A stretch of DNA of 43,945 nucleotides from NCBI GenBank assembly GCA_013791745.1, contig VMTH01000007.1:1-43945 (forward strand), given 5' to 3'. Numbering within the stretch: position 1 is the first letter of the stretch; each line of letters begins with the position of its first letter. The notes beneath the pieces are model-generated. The model made no database searches. It was not told the origin of the DNA and was given only the letters and a program-made list of their open reading frames with translations. A program made the translations under genes and the position numbers. Below, piece by piece: positions 1 to 9,530 of this stretch. Source of the DNA: Candidatus Omnitrophota bacterium (GTDB lineage Bacteria; CG03).

Positions 1-758
1 GCTTCCTTCGTTTTCCAGCATTCCTGCCCGATAAAATTAAGAACAGGCGGCGACATCATAGCATCGCCCGAAAGGGCTGCCAACCGGCACCTTTCCATAA
101 TTGAATAACAGTATTCAAGCCCGTAGCCTAATCCGCCCGTGCTGTGGTGCATGACAATTTTATCAGTGCCCAGCCCCATATCGGAAATTAGAATGTTCAG
201 CTGTTTTGCCAGATTTATGTCAAGGGGCGTCTCGGCAATAAGGGAATGTCCGCCGGCAAGGGCCGCGGCGGCAAGAGTCTTATAGTTGTCTTTTACAGCT
301 ATTCCGAAAAGTACGTTTTCACCCTTGGCCGCCTCCGTCAGGGAGGGAATGATTTCCTGGTCTTTTGCGACATTGCCGCATCCTGTAACAATAAGCGGAA
401 GTGTTGTATTCTTAAGCACTTCCTCAAGAGTCTTCACCGCGTCCTCCGCAGACGTATTTTTCGTATCAGGGTCGGCCGACATAAAACGCACGCAGAGAAG
501 GTCGGGAGAAAAACTCTCCGCTTTCTTTACCCATTCCGCTATACTTGCCGCGTCTTTCCAGTACTCAAGGAGATACGGGTTCCAGTCGGGATTCAGCCAG
601 TCGCGCACTTCCAGCGCAAGAATCGGACGGTGACCGGTATCCCCTTCAAAATCAAGAAAAGGCAGCGTTCCGTGGCCCCCTACCGTCACTTCTTTCTCGC
701 CTTTGCCGATCTTCACTTCGCTTACTCTGCCGCTTGATTTTTCCTTTACAATATCCAT
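1..758 (-). CDS. acsD: Corrinoid iron-sulfur protein small subunit (AcsD/CdhD-like). The C-terminal part lies beyond the left edge of the window.
   Basis: This is an open minus-strand frame with no stop in the window, so it is absent from the ORF track. The ATG is at 756-758, with GAGGTGA 5 nt upstream on the minus strand. My translation starts MDIVKEKSSGRVSEVKIGKGEKEVTVGGHGTLPFLDFEGDTGHRPILALEVRDWLNPDWNPYLLEYW... and continues ...LPLIVTGCGNVAKDQEI...HSLIAETPLD. This resembles the CFeSP small subunit. Its position after acsC/acsV/cooC matches bacterial acs clusters. The plus-strand ORFs 246-737, 286-633 and 545-760 are antisense shadows. Confidence 0.85.
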   Translation of the reverse strand, partial: MDIVKEKSSGRVSEVKIGKGEKEVTVGGHGTLPFLDFEGDTGHRPILALEVRDWLNPDWNPYLLEYWKDAASIAEWVKKAESFSPDLLCVRFMSADPDTKNTSAEDAVKTLEEVLKNTTLPLIVTGCGNVAKDQEIIPSLTEAAKGENVLFGIAVKDNYKTLAAAALAGGHSLIAETPLDINLAKQLNILISDMGLGTDKIVMHHSTGGLGYGLEYCYSIMERCRLAALSGDAMMSPPVLNFIGQECWKTKE

Positions 759-774
759 AATATCACCTCGCATT

Positions 775-1503
775 TCATGATTTACTTTCCAGCTTTTTCA
801 TTATACCATCTATTACTTCTTTGGTCGCCGGTTCTGTTTTTCCCAGAGGGCTCCCTGATTCAGCGCTGTTTTCTATCACCTTATCATATGGCAGCACCCC
901 TATAACTTCAATACCAATATCTGACGCGTAAGATGGAATTTCATCAGTCCTGTTTATTACAAGTCCGACATTATCGGCACGGATCTTGAGTTTCTCCAGC
1001 AGAGACAGGCTGTTTTTTACGGTATCCAGGCTCACCCTGTCTTTATTGGCCACAAAAATAAGCCAGTCAACTTTACCGTCGGTCTGACGCGATAAATGTT
1101 CAAGCCCGGCTTCGTTGTCTATAATTTCCACGGGGTACCGTTTCCGCATACCGCCGAGGAATTCCCTGAGAATGTTGTTTATCGAGCAGTAGCAGTCCCT
1201 CCCCTCGTGATGGCCCATCGCGATGAAATCGACAGGGCCGCCCTCGGTGATGGCCTCTTCAACCTGAAGGGCGAAATACTGCGGCCTCGACATTCCCGCC
1301 GGAGGCGGATCGTTTTTCACTTCCTCTCGTATGTCAGCGATCGTCTTTTCATAATTAATCCCGAGAAGAACGTTCAGATTGGAATTGGAATCCGCGTCAA
1401 CTACGAGCACAGGTTTTACTCCTTTGTCCATGAAAGCGCTCACAAAAAGAGCTGCCAGCGTGGTCTTGCCGACTCCGCCCTTTCCTGCTAATGCTATTCT
1501 CAT
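775..1503 (-). CDS. cooC: CooC-family Ni-insertion ATPase (AcsF-type accessory protein of acetyl-CoA synthase)
   Basis: I place the start at the internal Met (MRIALAGKGGVGKTT), which has AGGAG 8 nt upstream, rather than at the track start 1545. It has a deviant Walker A GKGGVGKTT and a CooC-type CxC metal motif (GRDCYCSINN). It sits between acsV and acsD. Confidence 0.85.
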   Translation of the reverse strand: MRIALAGKGGVGKTTLAALFVSAFMDKGVKPVLVVDADSNSNLNVLLGINYEKTIADIREEVKNDPPPAGMSRPQYFALQVEEAITEGGPVDFIAMGHHEGRDCYCSINNILREFLGGMRKRYPVEIIDNEAGLEHLSRQTDGKVDWLIFVANKDRVSLDTVKNSLSLLEKLKIRADNVGLVINRTDEIPSYASDIGIEVIGVLPYDKVIENSAESGSPLGKTEPATKEVIDGIMKKLESKS

Positions 1504-1566
1504 AATCAGATTTCTCCTATCAGATTTCGGATTTAAACAAAACAATCACCAATCACCAATCCGCAA

Positions 1567-3432
1567 TCATTTCTCATACTGCTTCCTCACATTGGGGAAC
1601 AGATCAAGGTTGGTGTGAGGAAAAAACAGGCTTGCCGTGTACTCCTGCATAAAAAATGAATTCGAAGACAGATCAATATACGTCATTTTTTTATTTATCT
1701 CCTCGGTTATATTCTTCGCCTCACGGCTCAGTATGCACATCTTCTCTCCGGTAATGGAGGAGTTCCCCAGGAAGACAAAAAGGTCCAGCGGTATGTCCGG
1801 TAAAAGCCCTATGTAAACAGCGTCCTTTATGTCCATAGCCGTTCCGAGGCCTCCCGATATATAAAACCTCTGTATGTTGTCAATCGTCAGGCCGAGTTCT
1901 TTCAGCAAGACGAATATCCCGGTAAAAATGGCTCCCTTGGAATTAATAAGATTTTTGATATCCGGTTCGGTGATATATATATCCTTCCCGTAGCGTGTTT
2001 CGTCCCCTTTCACAACAAGGAATCCTTTTTCTGTCACGCCGGGAGCTCCGGAAATGAATTTTCCATCCCGCTGGATGATGCGCTCGGAAATCATCTGAGC
2101 CGTCAAAGATATGAGCCCGCTCCCGCATATCCCCAGCGGTTTCTTGTTCTTGATCGTCTTATAAGTTACTTTGCCGTTTGATATTCTGACTTTCTCTATG
2201 GCGCCGGATATGGCTCTTATACCCGAAGAAATTCCGCCGCCTTCAAAACAGGGTCCGGCGCTTGTGGAACATGAAGCCAGCCAGTCCTTGTTGCCTATGA
2301 CTACCTCGCCGTTGGTGCCGAGGTCAACGAACATGGATAAAACAGAAAAATCATATATTCCCGAGGCAAGAACGCCCGCCACTATATCCCCTCCCACCCA
2401 GGCGGAAGGACACGGCAGAGCCGTAACTTTCGCAAACGGGCTTATCCGTATATTCAGTTCTCTCGCCGTCAGAACTACGGCAGAACCGAGCAGCGGCACA
2501 TACGGGCTGCGCCTTATAAATCCCGGAGGCAGTTTATAAAAGAAATGGGTCATCGTGGTGTTGCCCCCGGCAAGAAGAATGTAGACATTGTTACCCGATA
2601 CGTTTTTCTCCAGAATCATCTTCTGTATCATCTTGTTTACAGCCGTTATCAGGGATGAATGCATATGCTGCATACTGTTTTTTTCTTCAACCTGTATGAT
2701 CCTGGTGATTACGTCTTCTCCCATGGGGATCTGCGGATTGTAGGACGAAGCCGTTGATATAACTTCCTGCTTTTCCATATCTATAAGGTAGGCGACAAGC
2801 GTAGTCGTGCCGATGTCCAGGGCAATCCCGTAGTTCTCCTTTACCCTGTTTCCCGCTTCAAAGTCTATGATTTCCCCGTCACATACGGCTACTGTCACTT
2901 TCCAGCCGGCGCCGCGGAGGATATAGGGTATGCGCCTCAGAAGCTGAAGCGGAATTTCTTTCACCGGACAGCCCTTTTCAAGAAGAGCGGTTTTTACCCT
3001 TTCAAAATCAGCAGTGGGCTCCGCGAGAACAGGCGGGGAGAGCTCAAGAAAATGCTTTTCCACGATAGGCTCCGGAGAAAAAATATTTTCCGCGAGGGAA
3101 GAAGGCTCAAGTTCCTGACGGGACACCTCTCCCTCAAGTATATCCAGTTCCTCAACCCGGCTCGAATACGGAATCTCCAGTTCAAGGTCACTTTCCGGTA
3201 TCGTAAGACAGGCGAGAACAGTCTTTTCCTTTTCCTCTTCTTTAGTTAAGAACTGCGCCGATCGGGATTTATAACCGCCCTTCAGTATCTTTACCCTGCA
3301 TTTTCCGCAGGTCCCTTCCCCCGCGCATGTCGAGTTCATGAAAATGCCGCTGCTGTTTATGATGGTCAGCAAATCCGTACCCTTCTCCGCTTTCAGTTTC
3401 TTTTTGTCCGGCAGGATCAGAACTTCAATCAT
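1567..3432 (-). CDS. acsV: Reductive activator of the corrinoid Fe-S protein (RACo/AcsV): an N-terminal plant-type [2Fe-2S] ferredoxin domain plus an ASKHA ATPase domain
   Basis: 621 aa. The N-terminus carries CAGEGTCGKCRVKI...LACL (2Fe-2S). The core has the ASKHA phosphate motif GIALDIGTTTLVAYL and later DLGTNGEVV. It lies directly downstream of acsC. Confidence 0.85.
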   Translation of the reverse strand: MIEVLILPDKKKLKAEKGTDLLTIINSSGIFMNSTCAGEGTCGKCRVKILKGGYKSRSAQFLTKEEEKEKTVLACLTIPESDLELEIPYSSRVEELDILEGEVSRQELEPSSLAENIFSPEPIVEKHFLELSPPVLAEPTADFERVKTALLEKGCPVKEIPLQLLRRIPYILRGAGWKVTVAVCDGEIIDFEAGNRVKENYGIALDIGTTTLVAYLIDMEKQEVISTASSYNPQIPMGEDVITRIIQVEEKNSMQHMHSSLITAVNKMIQKMILEKNVSGNNVYILLAGGNTTMTHFFYKLPPGFIRRSPYVPLLGSAVVLTARELNIRISPFAKVTALPCPSAWVGGDIVAGVLASGIYDFSVLSMFVDLGTNGEVVIGNKDWLASCSTSAGPCFEGGGISSGIRAISGAIEKVRISNGKVTYKTIKNKKPLGICGSGLISLTAQMISERIIQRDGKFISGAPGVTEKGFLVVKGDETRYGKDIYITEPDIKNLINSKGAIFTGIFVLLKELGLTIDNIQRFYISGGLGTAMDIKDAVYIGLLPDIPLDLFVFLGNSSITGEKMCILSREAKNITEEINKKMTYIDLSSNSFFMQEYTASLFFPHTNLDLFPNVRKQYEK

Positions 3433-3439
3433 CGATCCG

Positions 3440-4753
3440 TCATCTCCAGGATTCCTTGAGATATTTAGGGAGAGCCGATGCCTCTTTGGGCCCTACAAGG
3501 ACTTCCCAGCCGCTCTCCTCCTCGACCTTCGCCTTCAAAACCGCGACATAACCCGGGATGATCAGCTTCTTGTGCTTCACCTTCTCCGCCACACCGCATT
3601 TCTGAAGCGACTGCGCTATAACCTCGGCGTTAAATTTGTCCGCTGCCCATGCCGTGAGAACCGACTGTCCCTCCGAATCCGTTATAAGCAGCCATGCCGG
3701 TATTTTAGAGTTTTCTATCTCCGGCTGAACCGTGTAGAAAGTCAGTGAAAAATTCGTTGTGACAATAACCGGCGAATTCTCATCGGGTTTCCCGACTTCG
3801 TAAAGTTTTGCTTCCATCATAAGGGGTTTCTGAGGGTCAGTGTAAATATTGAGCCTCAGTGTGATAAGAGCAAGCAGTTCCTCGTATTTCTCCGTCTCAA
3901 CAATTACCATGCCGGCATATTTGCATACAAAGTTTGCCGCAAGAGCGATGTCTCCCCCCGCCATTCCTATAAGAGGATATCCGAGCGGCCTGTAACTCTT
4001 TTTCAGGCACAGCCTCCATGAAGACGTTAATGAGTGCAGCGCCTCTTTCATATTTTCCGCCTTAGGGCAGAGCATGATGTTCTTGAATCCCTGCGCCTGT
4101 ATCTTCTGTGAGGTTTCGGCAACCTCCTCAAGGTCTTTCCCCTTCACCGCCAGGATACAGTCAGTCTCCTGTGCCATTTTCGCCCACTCTTCGCAGTTTC
4201 CCGCGTCGGCGCCGATTACGACAGGACGCTGGGTTGAAATGCCTGCTCTTGCTTTTTTAACAGATCCAATGTCTTCGCTGATAAGGACAAGCGGTATTTC
4301 TGAAGCGGCGGCCGCCCTGGCGGCAAAAGTTTCAGCATTACCGGAATCGTTTTTAAGCGCTACGGCGTCTATCCCGAACATCATACCCACGCGCTCAAAT
4401 TCCATTTTCCTGATGTTTTCAATTTTTGACTTGAATTCTTCCTCGGGAAGAGAATCGCTGAGCAGGATTACCAGCGCCGGAGCGTGAAAAAAAGTCTTTT
4501 CATGGCGGAACAGGACAGTCTCTCCTCCCAGCTCTATCTCATTGTCCTTAATACCGAATTTCAAAGTAGCCATCGGCGGCTGCGAGGCGCTCTCAAGTGC
4601 CTGTTTCCCGGCCGCGTCTATGTCCGGGCATTTATCAAGTGACGCTTTCTTCTGCGCCAGAGCCATCGCGAATGCAAGGCATGTCGGTAAACCGCATTTC
4701 TTACAGTTTGTTTTCGGCAGAAACTTATAAATCTGAAGACCTGTCAAAGCCAT
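3440..4753 (-). CDS. acsC: Corrinoid iron-sulfur protein large subunit (AcsC/CdhE-like)
   Basis: 437 aa. The N-terminus MALTGLQIYKFLPKTNCKKCGLPTCLAFAMALAQKKASLDKCP carries the CX2CX4CX16C [4Fe-4S] motif typical of CFeSP large subunits. It is followed by a TIM-barrel and a Rossmann-like B12 domain. Confidence 0.9.
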   Translation of the reverse strand: MALTGLQIYKFLPKTNCKKCGLPTCLAFAMALAQKKASLDKCPDIDAAGKQALESASQPPMATLKFGIKDNEIELGGETVLFRHEKTFFHAPALVILLSDSLPEEEFKSKIENIRKMEFERVGMMFGIDAVALKNDSGNAETFAARAAAASEIPLVLISEDIGSVKKARAGISTQRPVVIGADAGNCEEWAKMAQETDCILAVKGKDLEEVAETSQKIQAQGFKNIMLCPKAENMKEALHSLTSSWRLCLKKSYRPLGYPLIGMAGGDIALAANFVCKYAGMVIVETEKYEELLALITLRLNIYTDPQKPLMMEAKLYEVGKPDENSPVIVTTNFSLTFYTVQPEIENSKIPAWLLITDSEGQSVLTAWAADKFNAEVIAQSLQKCGVAEKVKHKKLIIPGYVAVLKAKVEEESGWEVLVGPKEASALPKYLKESWR

Positions 4754-4805
4754 AATCTATCCCCCTCTTTAATAATATACATCCACAAATTCGCGATTTC
4801 TACAC

Positions 4806-6983
4806 TCACATCAGCGGGTCCATCTCGAGCGCCGGATGCTGGGACTGCTGCAGGTACTCGACCAGTTTTTCCGCGTCTGTTGCCGCACTCTCGTCCGCGA
4901 TCTTATCCAGTAGACCAGGAACCCCTTCCTCTTCACAGAGCTTTTTGAATTTATCGCCCAGAAATTCCTTCAATTCCTTCGGCATCCAGACAATGCGCTT
5001 TATTCCGCCGTCCGCCCGGAGGAACTTCTTTGACAGAAGATACAGTCTGCCCACGCCCATGAAACCGGGTGTCTGCTGGCCGCCGCCGACGGTGCCGGCG
5101 AGAGTCGTGAATGTCATGCCCGCCGGAGTCATTCCCGCGAATTCCCTGTTTACCACCATGAAACCGTTTGCTTCAGGTACTATCGCGAGGATCATCTCAA
5201 AGCACCCGCAGGAAGTTTCGGGGAAACTCATAATTGAATAAGCGTGGAACTTCTCAAGGGTTTTGTTTGAATGATTTTGTATAGCTTCGTTTATCCCTTC
5301 CCATTCACCTAATTCGGCGTCGAGGACTCTTCCTTTCTTGACCGGCTGGTTCGGGCCTTTAGGGTTTATTTCATAACTGGCCTTGCAGTCCAGCCAGTTG
5401 TATGCTCCACACAGGCCTATGCGCTCGGGCTTTACAATACACACGTGGGTCGGAGCGAAACTCTGGCAGAGCGTGCAGGTATAGAAGTCTTCCACGCTCT
5501 CGTCGGTCATCCCGGCCATCCTTTCGTCTCTGTCGTCATACACTTTCTTTGCAACCGACAGGTTCTTTTCCACTTCTTCTCCGACCGTGCTTATCCTCAC
5601 CTGTATCTTGTCCACGATGGCGCCGAACATCTCGTGGAGCCGCGCATGTATGATCACACCGAAATGCCTAAGAGTGAAGCCTTTTTCCTTCGCCTCTTTT
5701 GAAATCCTCATCCAGTTCATGTCCCTCTGTCCCATGTGGAATATGCCGTGCGCCTGGTTTATGACGGTGTGGATCTGCCTTTCAAGTATGGGCTCAAAAT
5801 CGCTCTGCATTTTTCTGCCCGCGACTTCGACCATGATCATAAGCGGGTAAGCCTGGCCTTCTTCCATAGCGTCAACGTCCGGACCGTTCAGATCGATTTT
5901 TCCGTCCTCTATTTCTTCAGAGTTTTTAGCGGTGACGAATTCAAAGCTTGCGCTGTACTTGCCGCCGAACTGGACGAATGTCTGTTCCTTTCTTACCCGC
6001 TCGCCTTCAAAAGCGGCGGAATACGCGACAGGTATCGGTATATCGCTTACCGTAACCTTAACACCTCTCACTTCTATGCAGGTGGGCACGATTTTTTTAT
6101 AATCAAGTTCATTCACTATGTGTTCGAAAGTGCATATTCCCGTAGGCAGTATTTCAGGAGTCTCCATATCAGTAATTACCGGGAAACCCATGTTTATAGC
6201 GCCCGCTCCTGTCGCGTATTTTATATCGTCGAGCGGACCCAGCGTAAGTCCGAAGGCGAACACCCTCTCCTTGCAGTATAAAAGGCATTCCTTTGCCTGA
6301 CCTTTCTTTAAACCTCCGAATGTCAGTGCGCCCCTGATTGCCCAGTTCAGCGGATAAATCGCCGTAACCGTGTCCCTGCCGTAAGGCACAATATATGTGT
6401 CCCAGCCCATTTCCATACCTTCTTCTTTCAGCTGGTCAATAATAGACTTGCCATTTGACGACGAACCGACAAAAGTGAGGATCTGCCTTTTCTGAAATTC
6501 CCTCACGATATCAACAGCGGTTTTACTGTCCGGAGCCGCGCCGAGAATCGCCGCGAAACCCGGAAGCCGGCCGTCGACGAGCTGTATGCCGAGAGAGCGC
6601 AGGATCGTATCCGAAAAAAAACCTTCGCAGTCATCCTGCGGTTCCTTTTCGTAAAGGTACCTGAGCGCGCATATTATCTCTTCGCACAAGAGCGCCGCGA
6701 TCCCGCTGTCCAGGGCATCACCCAGATACGGGAGATTCAGGCTGCTGCTGGGCTCCTCGCTTAAAAGGGACTGCGCTTCCTCTATAACAGGCTGAATATC
6801 CTTCAGCTTTTTCACGTCCAGGCCCATAAGGGCGCACGCCATCGGAAAATAAAAAGCCGTTTGCGGAAATCCGACTTCGCAGGACCCGCCCTTATCCTTT
6901 ACCGCATTCTCCCACGAAGTCTTCGCTTCATTGAATAACTGCCTTGCTCCCCGTATCGCCGCACTCGCAACTATCTTAGACAT
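4806..6983 (-). CDS. acsB: Acetyl-CoA synthase catalytic subunit (A-cluster subunit of CODH/ACS), bacterial long form
   Basis: About 725 aa. The true start is probably the ATG at 6983, which has GGGAGG upstream; the track start at 6986 is a TTG. A-cluster cysteines are present: CTLCQSFAPTHVCIVKPERIGLCGA and the Cys-Gly-Cys motif ETSCGCFE. The start overlaps the stop of the upstream nuoG-like gene by 8 nt. Confidence 0.93.
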   Translation of the reverse strand: MSKIVASAAIRGARQLFNEAKTSWENAVKDKGGSCEVGFPQTAFYFPMACALMGLDVKKLKDIQPVIEEAQSLLSEEPSSSLNLPYLGDALDSGIAALLCEEIICALRYLYEKEPQDDCEGFFSDTILRSLGIQLVDGRLPGFAAILGAAPDSKTAVDIVREFQKRQILTFVGSSSNGKSIIDQLKEEGMEMGWDTYIVPYGRDTVTAIYPLNWAIRGALTFGGLKKGQAKECLLYCKERVFAFGLTLGPLDDIKYATGAGAINMGFPVITDMETPEILPTGICTFEHIVNELDYKKIVPTCIEVRGVKVTVSDIPIPVAYSAAFEGERVRKEQTFVQFGGKYSASFEFVTAKNSEEIEDGKIDLNGPDVDAMEEGQAYPLMIMVEVAGRKMQSDFEPILERQIHTVINQAHGIFHMGQRDMNWMRISKEAKEKGFTLRHFGVIIHARLHEMFGAIVDKIQVRISTVGEEVEKNLSVAKKVYDDRDERMAGMTDESVEDFYTCTLCQSFAPTHVCIVKPERIGLCGAYNWLDCKASYEINPKGPNQPVKKGRVLDAELGEWEGINEAIQNHSNKTLEKFHAYSIMSFPETSCGCFEMILAIVPEANGFMVVNREFAGMTPAGMTFTTLAGTVGGGQQTPGFMGVGRLYLLSKKFLRADGGIKRIVWMPKELKEFLGDKFKKLCEEEGVPGLLDKIADESAATDAEKLVEYLQQSQHPALEMDPLM

Positions 6984-7743
6984 CAATACCTCCCGTATTC
7001 TTAAAATTCTCCGTTATTCTTTGCTTCCTGCACGCAGGGCAGAGGTTGAGAATCTCATTTAGTTTATCATTTTTTATTTTCTTTTTCGCTTCTTCAACCT
7101 GTTTCAGTGAAGCATATTTTTCCCCGCATTTATTGCAGGCCGCTAATTCCTCTTTTTTGTGCCATACTTCGATTTCCCGCGCTTTGCCGTCTTTAACCTT
7201 TATCCTTCCTGTCGGGCAGAGGTATGCGCAGGCCCCGCAGGCCATGCAGGCCGGATTCTCATCCAGGAACGGCGTTTCGGGGATCCTCGCCCTGCCCCGG
7301 TTCACAAAACCTATTGCTTCCCGGCCTATCAGCTCCTTACAAACCCTGATGCAGAGCCCGCAACGTATACAATTATCCGGTTCTTTGCCCGCAACCCTGG
7401 AAACATCCGCCGCTCCGTACTTCCGCGCAAGTTTTTTAATTTCTTCCGCTTCCGGCGCCAGCGAGAACAGTTGACTGATGACAACTTTTCTTGCGCTCAC
7501 TACTTTTTCTGAATCAGTAAAAATTATAAGCCCTTCGCTGACCGGATATGTGCAGGATGTCGTAAGAGTCTTCCAGCCTTTCTTTTCAACTTCGACCAGG
7601 CATACTCTGCAGGAGGCATAGGGTTCAAGAGAGGGATGCCAGCACAGATGCGGTATGTCAAACCCATTCTCAAGCGCGGCCTCGAGGATCGTCCTATCCT
7701 TTTCGGTCTCCACTTTTTTCCCGTCTATAGTAATCCCAATCAT
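6976..7743 (-). CDS. NuoG/HydA-N-terminal-like ferredoxin subunit ([2Fe-2S] + 2x[4Fe-4S]) with no catalytic domain and a C-terminal CxxC...CxxC tail
   Basis: 255 aa. MIGITIDGKKVETEKDRTILEAALENGFDIPHLCWH...CRVCLVEV...C forms the 2Fe-2S site (C34, C45, C48, C64). CIRCGLCIRVC and CMACGACAYLCP are two 4Fe-4S motifs. The tail has CNKCG...CPACR. There is no H-cluster or molybdopterin domain. A 4-nt overlap links it to the nuoF-like gene upstream, and an 8-nt overlap links it to acsB downstream. Confidence 0.8.
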   Translation of the reverse strand: MIGITIDGKKVETEKDRTILEAALENGFDIPHLCWHPSLEPYASCRVCLVEVEKKGWKTLTTSCTYPVSEGLIIFTDSEKVVSARKVVISQLFSLAPEAEEIKKLARKYGAADVSRVAGKEPDNCIRCGLCIRVCKELIGREAIGFVNRGRARIPETPFLDENPACMACGACAYLCPTGRIKVKDGKAREIEVWHKKEELAACNKCGEKYASLKQVEEAKKKIKNDKLNEILNLCPACRKQRITENFKNTGGIDV

Positions 7744-9530
7744 ATTTTTGTCACAGCGCCGAAGTTACATACCTCCAGACATATCCCGCATTTTATACAC
7801 TTCCCCTGAACAATGACGTGAGGTTTCTTTTTCTCTCCGGTGATCGCATCCTGAGGACAGTTCTTAGCGCACAGCGTGCAGCCGGTGCACTCTTTTTCCA
7901 GTATTTCGTATTTAATCAGCGCGGGGCAGACTTTTGCGGGACAAATCCCCTTTATGTGCGCCAGGTATTCGTCCCTGAAATATTTCAGAGTAGTAAGTAC
8001 GGGGTTCGGCGCGGCTTTCCCCAGCCCGCACAGAGAAGTCTCCTTTACCATCCGCGAAATCTTTTCCAGTTCGGTCAGGTCATTCTCATCCGCTTTCCCC
8101 TCAATAAACCTGTCAAGTATCTTCAGCATCAGGTAAGTGCCTTCCCTGCAGGGAGTGCATTTTCCGCAGGATTCCTCCTGCGTAAAGGAAAGAAAATACC
8201 TTGCCACCTGCACCATGCAGGTATCCTCGTCCATCACGACCATACCGCCGCTCCCCATCATGCTGCCGGCCTCGGTCAGGGCCTCGTAATCAACAGGGAG
8301 ATCAAGGTATTTCTCCGGGATATTGCCTCCTGACGGCCCCCCGGTCTGAACCGCCTTGAATTTCTTTCCGCCTATGATCCCGCCGCCTATCTTGAAAATC
8401 AGATCCCTCAGGGTGATTCCCATCGGGACCTCAACAAGCCCCGTGTTCCTCACTTTCCCGACGAGGGAAAAAATCATCGTCCCCTTTGAATTCTCCGTGC
8501 CGATGGAGGAAAACCACTTCCCGCCGTTTTTGATGATCAGCGTGACCGACGCCCAGGTCTTCACATTATTTAGAGCGGTCGGTTTGTCCCATAAGCCTTT
8601 GTCCGTTGCGTGGATATGCTTCACCCGCGGCTCTCCGAGACGTCCTTCTATTGAAGCCATAAGAGCGCTTGACTCGCCGCAGACGAAAGCCCCTGCGCCC
8701 TGCACGATCTCAATCTCAAAATCAAAACCGGAATTAAGAATATTTTTACCGAGAAACCCTTTTGCCATCGCCTGGTTGAGGGCGATTTCAAGATGTTTCA
8801 CCGCGAGCGGGTACTCCGCCCTGACGTAAATGAAACCTTTGTTTGATTGTATTGCAAAAGCCCCTATGATCATGCCCTCTATTACAAGATGAGGATTACC
8901 CTCGAGGATGCTCCTGTCCTGGAAACAGCCGGGGTCTCCCTCGTCAGCATTGCAGATAATATATCGCGTATCGGACACCTGCGATTTCCTGCAGGAATCC
9001 CATTTCCTCCAAGTCGGGAAACCGCCGCCTCCCCGGCCGCGCAGGCCTGAGGTTTTTACTTCTTCCACTATCGCGTCCGGACTCATCCCAAGCGCTTTTT
9101 CAAGAGCTTTATATCCTCCGAGATCCGTGTAATCCTTAATATCCGTCGGGTCAATCCTGCCGTTATTCTCAAAAAGAATCCGTTTCTGGTATTTGTAAAA
9201 AGGAACCTGTTCTTCTTCAACGATTTTTGTTTTTGATACTTCGTCTTCATAAAGGAACTCTTCAATTATCTCACCCTTTAAAACGGTCTTTTCAACAATC
9301 CTTTCTACATCCTCCGCTTTTATTTTCTGATAAAAAATGCTTTTGGCGTCATTCCTTATGACTACCAGCGGGCCTCTTTCGCAAAACCCGTGACAGCCAG
9401 TCATTTTTGACACGGCTTTAACCTGCATATTGTCAGCGGGCAATAACTCCCTGAACTTCTTCAGGACTTCTCCCGCACCCTGTGCGGAACACCCTGTCCC
9501 GCAGCAAACCGACACTATCGTCCCTGTCAT
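7740..9530 (-). CDS. NuoF/HydB-like NAD(H)- and FMN-binding subunit with an N-terminal thioredoxin-like [2Fe-2S] domain and a C-terminal 2x[4Fe-4S] ferredoxin domain
   Basis: 596 aa. The N-terminus has CCGTGC...CHGFCERGP. The flavin/NADH region has GLRGRGGGGFPTWRKW and a glycine-rich GAGAFVCGE. The N3-type cluster motif is ESCGKCTPCREG. The C-terminus has CTGCTLCAKNCP and CIKCGICLEVC. This is the architecture of HydB/HndC-type (Bfu-type) subunits. Confidence 0.9.
   Translation of the reverse strand: MTGTIVSVCCGTGCSAQGAGEVLKKFRELLPADNMQVKAVSKMTGCHGFCERGPLVVIRNDAKSIFYQKIKAEDVERIVEKTVLKGEIIEEFLYEDEVSKTKIVEEEQVPFYKYQKRILFENNGRIDPTDIKDYTDLGGYKALEKALGMSPDAIVEEVKTSGLRGRGGGGFPTWRKWDSCRKSQVSDTRYIICNADEGDPGCFQDRSILEGNPHLVIEGMIIGAFAIQSNKGFIYVRAEYPLAVKHLEIALNQAMAKGFLGKNILNSGFDFEIEIVQGAGAFVCGESSALMASIEGRLGEPRVKHIHATDKGLWDKPTALNNVKTWASVTLIIKNGGKWFSSIGTENSKGTMIFSLVGKVRNTGLVEVPMGITLRDLIFKIGGGIIGGKKFKAVQTGGPSGGNIPEKYLDLPVDYEALTEAGSMMGSGGMVVMDEDTCMVQVARYFLSFTQEESCGKCTPCREGTYLMLKILDRFIEGKADENDLTELEKISRMVKETSLCGLGKAAPNPVLTTLKYFRDEYLAHIKGICPAKVCPALIKYEILEKECTGCTLCAKNCPQDAITGEKKKPHVIVQGKCIKCGICLEVCNFGAVTKI

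Noticed and set aside
246-760. Plus-strand ORFs of 163, 115 and 71 aa at the left edge
   Set aside because: Their composition is Arg/Ser/Cys-rich and low in complexity. They lie antisense to a clean acsD reading frame that has a good RBS and recognisable CFeSP small-subunit sequence.
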